The notes below the pieces were generated by a model. It was given only the letters and a program-made list of their open reading frames with translations, was not told the origin of the DNA and searched no databases. DNA of 64,000 nucleotides from the human T2T-CHM13v2.0 reference genome, Homo sapiens, in NCBI RefSeq assembly GCF_009914755.1, contig NC_060940.1; one strand, 5' to 3'. Of this stretch, positions 46,301-63,476 are shown piece by piece. The position numbers and the translations under genes were made by a program. Numbering within the stretch: the first letter of the stretch is position 1; the number at the start of each line of letters is the position of its first letter.

Positions 46301-47314
46301 TCCATTATTATGGAGACAGTGGAGAACAGGTACTGGGGGACAATAAATGGTCTTGTGCTGCTGGAAATCATCCTGTGTTACCTCTCTATGTTACAGATGA
46401 GAAAAATGAAGCCCAGAGATGTAAAGACACTTGTTCAAGAGTACACAGCTTCTAGGAGGAAGCACTGGATTAGAACTGGGTTTCCTGACTCCCTATCCTT
46501 TGCAGCCCACAACTTTGGAAAGCATAGGTCTCAAAGACCAAGACAGGAACCAGAAGGGGTGGACGGAGTCATGCTCCATGGTCTTAATTGGCTAGCCCAC
46601 CCTTGCCCTTCCCTCCTTGTCTCTTCTACCAGCTTGTGAGCTCCAGGCGGGCAGGGATTGTCCTTGTTCATTTCTCGATCCCCAATGTCCAGGATTAGCA
46701 CTCACTAAGTGTTGTTGCTGAAAAACTGCATCATACATGGATGAAAGGATCACCCAGGGATGACCTTGACATCACAAATAAGGAAGGTAAGCTTGACCAG
46801 TTAGGAAAAGAATCTTCCATATAGCCTATCCCCCTGCTTGGGTGGGTGAGGCGACCTTGCCAGGGACTCCTCCAGCACTCTGTGTGGATCCTGTATTTCA
46901 TCACACTTCATTGTCTTGGTTTCCAGGCACACTGGCCTCCCCACTAGAGTGAGAACAGAGGAGCTGTCTTATTAACAAAAGGCAGCCCAGCATAGCAGCT
47001 GAGAGGCCAGACTCTGATAACTAACTGCCCGGGTTCAAAGCCTGGCTGTGCTATTGACTAGCTAGGTGGCCTTAAGCAAGCTACTCCATCTCCTTGAAGA
47101 ACAGCTTATCTATAAAAATAGAAAAATAATAATAATAACTTTTTTGTCTTTAGCCGGGTGTAGTGGCATGCACTGGTATTCCCAGCTACTCAGGGGGCTG
47201 AGGCAGGAGGATCACATGAGCCCAGGAGTTCGAGGTTATAGTGAGCCATGATTTTGCCATTGCACTCAAGCCTGGGCAACACACCGAGAACTTAATTCTA
47301 AATAATAATAATTC

Positions 47315-47781
47315 TGTCTTAGTCAGTTCGGATTTCTATAACAAAATACCCTAGGCTGGGCTATAACAAAATACCATAGCAACAGACATTTATTTATCTC
47401 AGTTCTAGAGGCTGGGAAGTCCAAGATCAAGGTGCCAGCAGATTGGGTTCCTGATGAAGCCTTTCTTTCTGACTTGAAGATGGCTATGTTGTTGCTGTGA
47501 CCTCATATGGCAGAGAGGAGAGAGAGAGAGAAAGAGAGAGGGAGGGGGGAGAGAGAGAGAGAGAGAAAATGATCACACGCTCTGGTCTCTCATTCTCTTC
47601 TTATTAAGAAGAGAATTCTCTTCTTATTAAGACATTAATCCCCTTATAGGAGACCTACTCTCATGACCTCATCTAAACTTAATTACCTCCAAAAGGATCC
47701 ACCTCCAAATATCATCACCTTAGGGGTTAGGGCTTCAACATATGAATTTGAGAAGGGACTAGAAACATTAATTCCATAACA
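47315..47781 (-). mobile_element. MaLR LTR (MLT1A0-like)
   Basis: tgtcttagtcagttc...ggctgggaagtccaagatcaaggtgccagcagatt...ggcttcaacatatgaattt...ccataaca. Confidence 0.85.
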
Positions 47782-49027
47782 AGCATCTTCAGGAGGTTTT
47801 TAGAAAGCTTAAGTCGAATCTAAAGCACCTAGAACAGTAGCTGGCACACACTTAACACTATGTAGATGTTTGCTGTTATTTTTGGTGTTGGTATCTCCAA
47901 CTCCAACAGCGCAAGTATTTGCTGAATTAATGAATGAAGGTATGAGTGCGTGAGTGAAGTAGAATGAATGAATGAATGGTGTGGGTTACCATGCAAGTAA
48001 TAAGTCAATGGATGAGTGGGTAGATGGCTGGGTGACTGAATGAAATAAACAAACAAGTGAATACATCAATGCGTAGATGAATGATTAAATGAAAAATGTG
48101 ATTATATAATAGAAGACCTTTTTTCTAAGATATTTTCTCTAGAATTCCCACCCCAGTCTCATGAATTGCCCTTGCTATGTAGGAACAGGACAGCCTGTGA
48201 GGTCACTGCGGTGACCTCCTTCGCAGAGGACCTCTGGTACTGCTCCAGCCACCAGTAAGCCCACTGCCTCTGGGCACTGCTCAATGCTGCCCTTACCTGG
48301 ACCCAGACCATCAAGCTTGTCACAGGCTCCCCCCAGGCATCCCAGACATGACATCCAAGACAGTTTCCTGTTACTCTCCATCCTGCTGGAGAGTTCCAAT
48401 GACCCATGGCATGAATACTCCAGACAAAGTGTTCCAGCCTTCCCCAGAAACCTCAAAAGTCTCTCAGGCACTCCAAGACTTCCAAGGCCAAAAAACTCAA
48501 GATGTCTTTAAACAAGACCAAAGACCCCCTCAGGAATCTGGCCAAGAAGCCCCCCAAGAAGGCTAGGCCCAGCACTTTTGAGCCTAGATCTTTCTACTGC
48601 CTTGACCTCTGCCCCCTCCCACCAGAGCAGCTACAGGCCCCAGAGCCCCAGTTACCCTTATCAATCTCAGAGGCCACAGATGTCTATCTCCCTGAGGATT
48701 TCCCAGCTGAGCCCAAGCTCATGGACCAGTCCTGGGTGTCCAGGAAGAGCCTGAAATCATCCAAGAGTCATCTTATGGAGCCACCCACTCCAGTGGCCAA
48801 GCACCAAAAGGCAAAGACCCGACATAGGAGTGAGAAGAAACAAAACAAATAAATGCTTGGCATCTCCATCGACCTGGTCCTTTTCAGCCCAGACCTATCA
48901 GCTCCAGACATCCCAAAACATCACCCTATTCCAGAGGCCACAGAATTCATGATTCCAGATAATTCGTGTTAGTCTTTGCTATTCAATAAACTCCTGGCTG
49001 CAGCTTCTACTTCCTGTATCAAAGCTA

Positions 49028-49283
49028 AGGCTCACAGTTGAGCAGGTTGTGCACTGCACCATGTTAGCCCTGGTACAGTACACAACCTGCCCAACTGTGA
49101 AAAACTGGCCCTTAGACTGACCCAGAGTCTCAGTCTAAAGGGGCACTGTTTACATCACTGCATTATAGATTTGTGTACTGTACTTACTTTGGCAATTTTC
49201 AGCAGATGGCAGTAAAGTGTCTTGAAGAAGGGGAGGTTTTACTAATTTAAAAAAAGGCACCAAAATGGCTACTGGTGACCCTG
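49028..49283 (+). mobile_element. MER91A (hAT-Tip100) with an inverted duplication of its left arm
   Basis: cagttgagcaggttgtgcactgcac...caattttcagcagatggcagtaaagtgtcttgaagaagggg...gaccctg. Confidence 0.75.
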
Positions 49284-49339
49284 CCAAATACCTTCCTGGG
49301 TGGGAAAATGAGGCCCCAAGTTGGATCTTTGGCACAATA

Positions 49340-49580
49340 ATATGGTTAAGAGCTCATGCTCTGGTGCCAGAAAGACTGGGGTTGCATCCCTGCTCTGCCA
49401 TTGAAACTGGCTACCTGACCTAGACAAGTGATTCTAAGTTATTTGAGACTCAGTTTGCCCATGTGCAAAATGGGGATAATAATAAGACCTCAAAATGTTG
49501 TTGAAGGGGCAAAATGGGATAAGCCATTTAGCCCAGTGATTGGCACATAGTAGGTGTTCAAGGAGCCCCTGCGAATAGTA
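49340..49580 (+). mobile_element. MIR
   Basis: ctcagtttgcccatgtgcaaaatggggataata...ggcacatagtaggtgttca. Confidence 0.75.
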
Positions 49581-50039
49581 GACACTTAGACCTCTACTGC
49601 TTTATCTCCACAAACCAGCAAGCAGGCTCCCTCCAGGAAATGATCCTTGGCTTTGCACTAACCACATGGCTTAAAAGGGACCTGCTCCCTTCTTTCAGAG
49701 CCTTTCCCTTGACGCCCATTGATTGGCCTGGAGGTGTCACCTGACCTAAGCTAAGCCAATCAGGGGACTTTCCTGCATTTTTCAATTTAGTATCCAAGGG
49801 AACAAGGTTCAGTGCTTAGCAGGGGATGAAGCTGAGACAGGTGGCTCGAGAGGAGGTGACAGGAGCTGCACTGAGGAGCTCAGCTACCATGAGGAAGATA
49901 AGGATCTGGAAGAAAGAAGCCAGTAGGAGGGAGAGGGGCTGGGAAGACAGAAAGAGTGAGTCGCCTGGTGACATCTGAGTCCCTGAGACCCAGAGTGATA
50001 CTTGCCTTCCCCACACTTATGCCACAACTTGGAGCAATC

Positions 50040-50329
<290 letters not shown>

Positions 50330-50594
50330 TGGACCAATCTTTATATTTGGATCAGACCTGATCACTTTACCCTAACAGGCAAAAATCATCAATAGCTCCC
50401 CATGGCCCACCAGATAAAAACAGGGATTTTCTCATGCTGGTAGTCAAACATCTCTAGAATCTGGCTTCAACCCACCTTTCAAGCTTCATCTCCCTCTCTT
50501 GCTTGGTCAACTGGATGTTCCTTCACTCTCCAACTTGTGTGACTTTCTTCCTGTCTTTCCTCGTCTAGAATAGCTCTCTTCCCATTACTCCTAG

Positions 50595-50964
<370 letters not shown>

Positions 50965-51201
50965 TGGGGAATCTCTTTACCCAACTAGAGATGGATTTCA
51001 TGGTGTCTTTTCCTGGTCACATGGCCCAAGTAAGGACAGTTGGTTGCTCACTCTTGGGACTTGGAATCTTGAGTAGAGGACACACCACTACCAACAACAA
51101 AATGGTTTGAACTGACAAGACTCCTGATGAGTTCCATCTAAGGCTATACACAGATCTCTCCTCCTCTCAGCCCTCACCTTTAAAAAAAAATAATTCCTTA
51201 G

Positions 51202-52320
<1,119 letters not shown>

Positions 52321-52528
52321 AAGGAGAGAAAAAGTCAGTTTGAGTGTTTTTCTTAAGCAACTTCCTTATATCTTTCCAACAAATTCCTTCTTTTCTAAAA
52401 TTAGCTTGAACACTACAATCAAAGAACCCTAACTCACATGGGTTCTTGTCCAAATCCTACCTAATTTCCAAGACCCATTTCAAACACCTGCTAGAAGTCA
52501 TCTCTCCCTTCAAAATTGGACTCAAGAA

Positions 52529-52851
<323 letters not shown>

Positions 52852-53924
52852 TCAACAATAATTTTCCCTTTCCCCTGTTGTCTTCTCTCTCTTGCTTTCT
52901 CTCATTCTCTCTCCACATCATTCTTCTTCTAGTCACTCACAGATCCCCACCCTGGAAGGTAAGATGGAAACTTCTAGTTGCCTATGCATTATTCCTTCCA
53001 AAGGAACTCTGATTATGTTGGGAGAGGCAGTATGTTGGGCTAGAAAACTACATTACCCATTCAGAGATCATTCTGGCCAAAGAGGTGGAAGTAGAAGTTA
53101 TTGGGTAGAGACTCTGTTAAAACTCCCTAAAAGGGGGCTGTCTCAGATGAGAGTCACACTTTTGCTCATCTCTTTCTTCCTTCCTGCTACTTGGCATGAA
53201 GAGGGGACAGCTGGAGCTGCAGTGACCACTTGTGACTTTGCCGTGACCTTGAGGTTGAAAGGCACATGTTAACCATGGTAAGGCAGGGGAACCTGGATCT
53301 CTGCTGCCATACCAACCCTGGACACTTGCCTGCAGAATTTTTTTATATGAGAGACAACTCTATCTTTTAAAGACACCATTGATTAGGTTTTCTGTTTTAT
53401 GCAATGGATACAGAAAGTCAGGGCTACATAGGTAGGAGAATAATCAGCCCAGAACCAATGTCTGGGCTATTGTTACTCAGAGTCATGGTATAATAATAGA
53501 GAAGAAAACACTAAATGTAATTCATGGGTCTGGTTCTAGTCCTAATTCTGTCTTTTATGTAAGAAAGAACCTATGTCCTTGCTGTTCACCTTCTAAGCAT
53601 CGCTGGACTCTCCAAAATTCTTTTGGTCCCCAGCCAAGCAGTGGTCACCATCAGTCTCCCTCATCTTGCACAACTTCCCATGACCCAAGCATCCTTTCCC
53701 GCCAGGAAAGTTCCCCAAGACTCCTCCACCATCACCCAAACAAAACCCATCTCAGTGTTAATATCTAGTGTTTTTTGAGTGTATATTGTGTGCCAGGCAT
53801 TGTGCTGGGCGCTTTCTACTTATCTCATTTGAATGCACCCAGCAACCCAACCAGATTTTCTGTATGAGAAAAACAGAGTCATAAGTGGCAGAGGTAGAAT
53901 TTGAATTCAAGTCCACCTGGCCTC

Positions 53925-54690
53925 TGTAACCACACCAGACCAATCTGGTTCAACTTTTACGTAACAAAGTTGTGAGTTGTTTTTCAGTTGGTATCAACCC
54001 CCAGGTTAAAGGTCACATAACCTGAGCTTGCCCAGATGAACCAACGGTACAACCACAGATGGAACTTAAGTTCTCAGACCAAGGAATGGGGACTGAATTA
54101 AGAAGTGAACACCACATGGCAGGATTCAGGATCCAATCAAATTGAGCCCTGGTGTCACCCCATGGCAGGATCCAATCAGATCATGCCTCCCAGCATCACC
54201 TCATTGCAAGATCCAATCAGATTATGCCTCATTACCCTATGCTTCTAAAACCTGACCCAGTGCCCAGCTCAGGAAGACAGATTCGACCATGTCCTCCTCT
54301 CTCCCTGCCAGTCAACTAGCAAGAAAGCTTTTCTCTCTCTTTCTTTCTGTCCACTCTGTGTCCATGTGTTCTCATCATTTAGTTCCCACTTATAAGAGAA
54401 TATGTGGTATTTGATTTTCTGTTCCTGCATTAGTTTGCTAAGAATAATTGACTCCAGCTCCATTCATGTCCCTGCAAAGGACATGATCTCATTATTTTTT
54501 ATAGCTGCATGATATTCCATGTGGTATATGTACCACATTTTCTTTATCCAGTCTATCATTGATGGGCATTTAGGTTGATTCCATGTTTTTGCTATTGTAA
54601 ATCCCCAAAGGAAGCTTTTCTTTTCCCCAAAGCCATTGCCATGGTATTGGCTTCATGAGCATCCAGCCGTGAGTGCATTGATTGTTCAGT
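53925..54690 (+). mobile_element. ERV1-type solo LTR with three gatccaatca (CCAAT) repeats, interrupted by an antisense L1PA 3' fragment (about 54345-54600)
   Basis: TG start (tgtaaccacaccagacc); L1PA antisense tccatgtgttctcat...gatgggcatttaggttgattcc; aagcttttct on both sides of the L1. Confidence 0.75.
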
Positions 54691-54824
54691 AATACTTCTA
54701 AAGTGGTGGTCCTAATGACCGCCCTGTTCTGTACATGAGGAGGAAAGAAATAAAAAATATCAACTTATATCTGGCAGGGATGGCCAACTGTCCCCTAGTC
54801 TCTACTCTCCCCTTCTTAAATAAG

Positions 54825-55040
54825 AGTGGCTCTCCATCAGAGACAATTTTGTCTCCAAGGGGACATTTGACAAAGTCTGGAGATATTTGGTTGTCACAAC
54901 TTGATGGAGGGATGCTGCTGGCATCTTGTAGGTGAAAGTCAGAGATGCTCCTGAATATGCTGCAATGAACTGGACAGCCCCCTGCAATAAATAATTATCT
55001 GATCCAAAATACCAGTAGTGCTCAAGTTGAGAAACCCTAT
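54825..55040. mobile_element. MER20 inside an MLT1-type LTR
   Basis: ggggacatttgacaaagtctggagatattt...gttgagaaaccct. Confidence 0.8.
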
Positions 55041-56219
55041 TCAACAGGAGCCAGGGCCTCAATTTTTAGCTGGGCACAGGGCTGCCTAGAATAAAGCCCA
55101 GATATGAGTTTGTGTGGCCAGGTGACTAAGTTTTGACCAATGAGATGTGAGCAACTTCTGTACTGTGCCCTTAAGAGAGGCATACACTCCCTTCCTCTTT
55201 TCCCCAATCCTGATGCCTAGAATGTGGACACAGTGGGGTGCCGTCTTGGTGCTTGCAGATGGGGGCAGCATCTTGGGGATGGCAGAGCACCAAGGTGAGA
55301 GAAGCCTGCACGCCTGATGACTTCACGGAATGAGTTGCCACACTGGCTGGAAAACTCACGTGAGAGAGAAACAAACTCTTATCTCGCTAAATCCATTATT
55401 ATCATGAGTCTTGTTTTTAGTGGTCAAAACCTGTGCTAAGACAACGTGAGGATGTCTCCCTCTTTCACCTGCATTCGAGAACTTGCAGTCTCATAAAAAT
55501 ACCCTCTGGAAAAGCTTTGTTTTGGCAGCAGACCTTGAAGGATAAGAAAGCACTAACTGCAATGTCGTCACAACGCCAGGGCATTTATTCTATTCGTACT
55601 TGCCCACAAATCAGTTTTATTTGAGTGTGTTAGTTCATCAGATTCCCAGATTTTGACTCAGCCCCATTAGTCTTTGCTTACAGGGCCTCAAGTGGTCTCT
55701 TTATGCACAACGACAATCTCCTGAATACACAACAGGTGCACACTTCTGGAATTTTAATCTGTTATCCTGAGGAGAATGGAATGAAGGGGGTAAGTGCCCA
55801 GCTTCACTTGAAGGGCTTGCAGCCATAGCTGAGCATGCCCCGGTTCCTTTGTTCTCTCACCAAGTGGCAACTGGAAGCTGTCGTTGATCACTCAGATGCC
55901 ATTATGATCTCCACTGAGTCATCCACACTGTTTCTTGCAGTCTGGAGAAATGCGGCACTCTCCAGGTTTGGGGCACAGCTGAGTACTTTCAGAGGTGCAG
56001 TGGAAGCAACGCTGACCTAGATATTAAGACATCAGGTTTCTTACTCCAAAATCTGCCTTTAATTAGCTGTAGGATTCTTTTTGTTTGCAAGTGACAATAT
56101 TTCAATTGGATTTAGCAAAAGAGAAATAATTTATTGGCTCACGTAACTGACAACGTCCAAAATCAAGGTACGGTTGGATCCAGGGACTTGGATGAACCAT
56201 GTTTCTAGCTTCTGTAAAC

Positions 56220-57122
<903 letters not shown>

Positions 57123-58589
57123 CAGGGACTCAGGCATGGTATCAGGGAGCAGTTTCTCTCCATCTCCTAGCCCCATGATCCCCTGTGCTGGTTTCATTCC
57201 CAGACAAGCCTTTCCTGGGAGGTAGAAGAGGTCTGCTGACATCCTGACTGTACATCTTCATGGAGTTAAGTAATCATGGAAGGATGAGTTCTCTTTCCAC
57301 CAATAATCCTAAACTTGATTTCTGTCAGCCTGGTTTGAGTGACGTGCCCATTCTTGAACCAGTCACTGTAGCCAGGAAGATGGGGTACTCTGTTTGGATA
57401 ATATAGGAGACTTGCCTACCCCTGGAACCTGGGAATGGGATCTAACCCACTCAAGCTGTAGGATGATAAGCGTGGGAAGGCAGCCTCTGCAAACAAAGTG
57501 GAGATGTTGGACAGAAGGAAATCACAGATGGTCACTACCTTCCTTGGAGTCCCCTGAGACAAGGATTTGGTGAAAAATAATGTATTTGGGAGGTGATTTC
57601 AGAAAGCACCAGCAGGAGATGGTGAAGAGAAGGAACCAATTCAGGGTGCATTAATGAGCAGGTCACTGCTTAGGGTATTTGGGACCCAATCAGCCAGGGA
57701 ATTCTGGGAGATTTTTAGAACTTGTTTAAGGGGTGAGGGAGTTGGGGTATTTATCCACCAGCTCCCATCTGTCATTGCTTGAGGCTGCTTTCCAGGACAG
57801 CATCTGTTACAGTCAGAGGCAACATTTCCCCACTCTGAGCCTCCTAAAGTGTTCCCATTTGTAAAATCAGGTTAGACTAGAGGCTCTCTCACTTCCCTCT
57901 TCAAGGAGTATTCTAAGGCTTCCTCTCTGGGTTGAGGCAACGTAAAGTAGTGGCTGAGTGTTCAGACTCTGTGGTTGGATTGCCTGACATCTCCATCAGG
58001 GTCCCAGCAGAAAACAGAAGGCATACACTCTAATGTTTATTTTTAAAAGATTTAACAATGGAGACCTCCTATTGCTCGTCCTGCACAGGCAACCAGTTTG
58101 ATAAATGAGCCACTTTACTACTTTGAGCCTCAGGATCCCCACCTGTAAAATGGGTATACGTGTGGAGATTAAGACTCAGGCGTTTTTATTTTAGCTTTGT
58201 GAGACCCTAAGCAGTGAACCCAGCCAGGCTTGCCCACATTTCTCTGACCTACAGAATGGTGAGAGAATAAATGTGTGTGGTTTTGTGGAAATTGTTTAGT
58301 TTATAGGTAATGATTTTGTGCTATCTTTGGTACCATTCTTAAGTTTATATTGTAGTGCATGTTTATCACAGTATCTCTAAGTACAATTTGGAAAAAAAAA
58401 TGAGTAACAATTTTGGTGCCTGGTAATTTAGGGCCAAAGATATTGAAACAAATAAGGCCACCCAATATTCATCTCTAAAAGGTACTGTTTACATTCAACA
58501 GAAATAATTATACATGACAAATCATTCACATTTGAACTTAAAAGGATCAACTAAATGTCCAGGACATTTTGGCTACAGAATTTGTATTT

Positions 58590-58870
58590 TTTTTAATTTT
58601 AGTGAAAACATATAACATTAAGCATACCATCTTAACCATTTTCAAGTGTACATTTTAGTGGTGTTAAGTGCATTCTATTGTTATGCAATACAGATCTTCA
58701 AAACTGTTTGGTCTTGCAAAGGTGAAACCCTATACCCATTAAACAACTCCCTATTCCCCCCTCCCCCAAGCCCCTGATAACCCCACTTTCTGTTTCTACG
58801 AATTTGACTATTTTAGATAACTCACATAAATGGAATCATACGGCGTTTGTCTTTTTGTGACTCACTTATT
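58590..58870 (-). mobile_element. L1MB 3' fragment
   Basis: accatcttaaccattttcaagtgtaca...gaatttgactatt...tggaatcatac. Confidence 0.8.
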
Positions 58871-59102
58871 TCAGGGTGATGTCTTAAGCTGCTAAGTTTG
58901 TAGTGATTTGTTTCATAGCTGCTTTAGAAAGCATCTTCCACCCTGGCCCTATTTTAGCTAGTCCTCAATTTGGTCCAGTGTCTGAGCCCCTCGTCTGGAG
59001 TCAAGTCCGCCTCTTACCTCATTGGCATATAAAATGCCTAGCATAGTTCAAGCAAAAATACACAGTAAATAAACGAAGGTCCCTGGTTTTTTTCGTTCTT
59101 AA

Positions 59103-59409
59103 TTTTTTTGTTTGCTTGTTTGTTTGCTTGTTTGTCTGAGACAAGGTCTTGCTCTGTTGCCCAGGCTGGAGTGCTATGGCACATTCTCTGCTCACTGCAC
59201 TCTGACTCCTGGGTTCAAGCGATTCTCCTGGCTCAGCCTCCCAAGTAGCTGGGACTACAGGCGTGTGCCATCACACCCGGCTAATTTTTGTAGAGACAGG
59301 GTTTTGCCATGTTGGCCAGGTTGGTCTCGAACTCCTGGCCTCAGGAGATCCGCCCACCTCAGCCTCCCACGGTGCTGAGATTACAGGCGTGAGCCACCGC
59401 ACCTGGGCT
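59103..59409 (-). mobile_element. Alu
   Basis: Antisense dimer, followed by an antisense old L1 3' fragment to about 59760. Confidence 0.9.
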
Positions 59410-61082
59410 ATTTAGTTTTTAATTTTGAAATAATTTTAGGCTATAGAAGAGTTGCAAAATTAGTACAGAGAATTTCTGTATCCTCTTCACCCAGCTTCCC
59501 CTAAAGTCACTAACTTACTTAACCACAGTATAATTATCAAAACTAAGACATTAATATTAGTACAATGCTATTAACAAAGTTATAGACTTTATTTGGATTT
59601 TACCAGTTTTTCCATTAATGTATTTTTTCCTGTTCCAGAATCCCATCCAGGGTCACAGATTATATATAGTCGTCATATCTTCTTAAATCTCTATCAGTCT
59701 GTGACTGTTTCTCAGTTTTTCCTTGTTTTTTATGGCTGTGACAGTTTTGAGAAGTGCTGGTTGAGTTAATCATGCCTTTTTACTTTCTGTACTGCTGACG
59801 CTTTGATATCCGGGTCCTGGCTGACCCTACCCCTCCCAGGGCTAGCCAATTCCTAGGTACAGTAAATAGCGAGCCTGTGAGCATGCCTTCATACACAAAC
59901 TAACCAATCCAGAGCCCCAACCATCTGCATATTCAGACTCTTACACTCTTGGCCATTGTCCCTCTCCCCTAATGACCCCAGAGCCAGCTGCTGACTTAAT
60001 CACATGAACCCTTAAAATCTGGGCACCCCACTGCCCCTCCTCAGAGTCCTCTGGCTTCCCTAACATCATAGTAAGCAGCTGAGCTGGCCCTGCTGCCCAA
60101 AACCTCAGCTCACCTAGAAGGGGAGCTAGGAGTAAACAGAGGGCTCTTGCCTGCCCTGCCTACCAGCCCCCCTGGCTCTCTCAGCCTGCTTTGCATTCAC
60201 GACAACATCAATCTTGTTCAAACCCTGGAGCCCATAAGCCCCGCTGGGCTGGCTGCCTCTGAGTCACCGCACACCGGCAGACGGTGCTAAACTAATTTCC
60301 CAGCATCTTTGGGAAGGATTTGGTTTCTGTCTCCCCAGCTAAGAGCCATGCAGACGGTGGCAGCAGGCTGGCAGGACCTAGGGGCTCCCTGCCTGGTCTG
60401 GGAGAGCCCAGACTGAGATGCGATGCGATAAGATATTGATTAGCAAAGTGGCTGGGGGTTGGAGAAGGTCCAGGTTGCAGCCTGAACTGGATTAAGGGAT
60501 GGAACAGCAGGTGCCAAACCTCAAGGATGGTGCTAAAACATCCCTGGAAATGTAACCAGATAGAGAAAAGTGTCATTATTTTTTACAAAGACTTTTTTTT
60601 TTACAAAGATTAACAGGGCTCTTACCATGTATATGAATGATGTAATCTTCATTAACAATTCTACAAGGTAGGTACTATTTGTTATTGCCAAAGTACTGAG
60701 GCACAAAGTGCTAGTAACTTGCTCAAGGTCACCACCTGGTAGGTGATGGGGCCAGGTTTTTAACCCTGACCGCCAGACTCAATAGGATACCTCAACATTA
60801 GCCTGTCCAGGTGCCCACACATCTTAGCCGACTCTGCTGAGCTGTCAGAATATGCCTAGAAAGAACACACATATATCCCGTCTTGGTTCAAGGTGATAGA
60901 ATCTTTCAGATTTGTCAACCTTACAAACCTCATCGGTAAAGTGGGAATACTGATAATACCCACAAATAAGTTTTAAGATATATAAAGGTTTAAGACACTA
61001 AGTATTAATAATGCTATTTAGAATCATTATAACAGAAAGGCCGCCAGTCCACTTCAATTTGACCATAACTCTAGCAGATGGA

Positions 61083-61424
<342 letters not shown>

Positions 61425-62041
61425 CTACCAAATGGACTTCTTTTCACCAAATCCTCTAACAAAGCAAATAGGAATAGAGCGGACATCGATTTCCTTTTTC
61501 CTTTTCCCTCATTGTCTAAAAGCTGTGGTGGATGGAATTGACCTAAATCTCAAATCCAAGGGTGGGACTTGATGGGTCCAAGCTTATCAGGGTATTTCCA
61601 TCAGACTTGCCCTTGACTGGTTCAAGTAACCCAGGCCTAGCCTAAGCGAATCAGCTCAGTGATCCACGATTAGGAGAATTGGTTTAAGACTGGTCCAATC
61701 AACGGAGTTAGGATTTGTATTCATCAATTAAGGGCAGTGACTCGCCCTCCTCAGATATGAATAAAGAAGCTTGTAACCTTGTTTGTTGTTGATAGCTACC
61801 TTAAAGCCCTGGAGAAAGCCAGTTTGTGGATGAATCCAACTTACGGAGAAGGCAGTGCCAGAAGAACTGCAGTGAAACAGAGCTGGAATCTTGATCAAAC
61901 CACACCAGAAGTGTCTCTGAAGCTGGCTTTTATTGTTTGACCTGGTTTGAGTTGGTTTCCTGTTACTTGCAACCAAAAGAATCACAATTGATAGACTAAA
62001 CCATAGATAGCTTAAAAAATTATTGTGCAAAATTATATTAG

Positions 62042-62396
<355 letters not shown>

Positions 62397-62409
62397 AACA
62401 GAAAGTCTT

Positions 62410-63415
<1,006 letters not shown>

Positions 63416-63476
63416 GGTCCTTCTTCTTTTTATTAAGGCAAAATCCGCAAAACATAAAATTAACCATTGAAAAATG

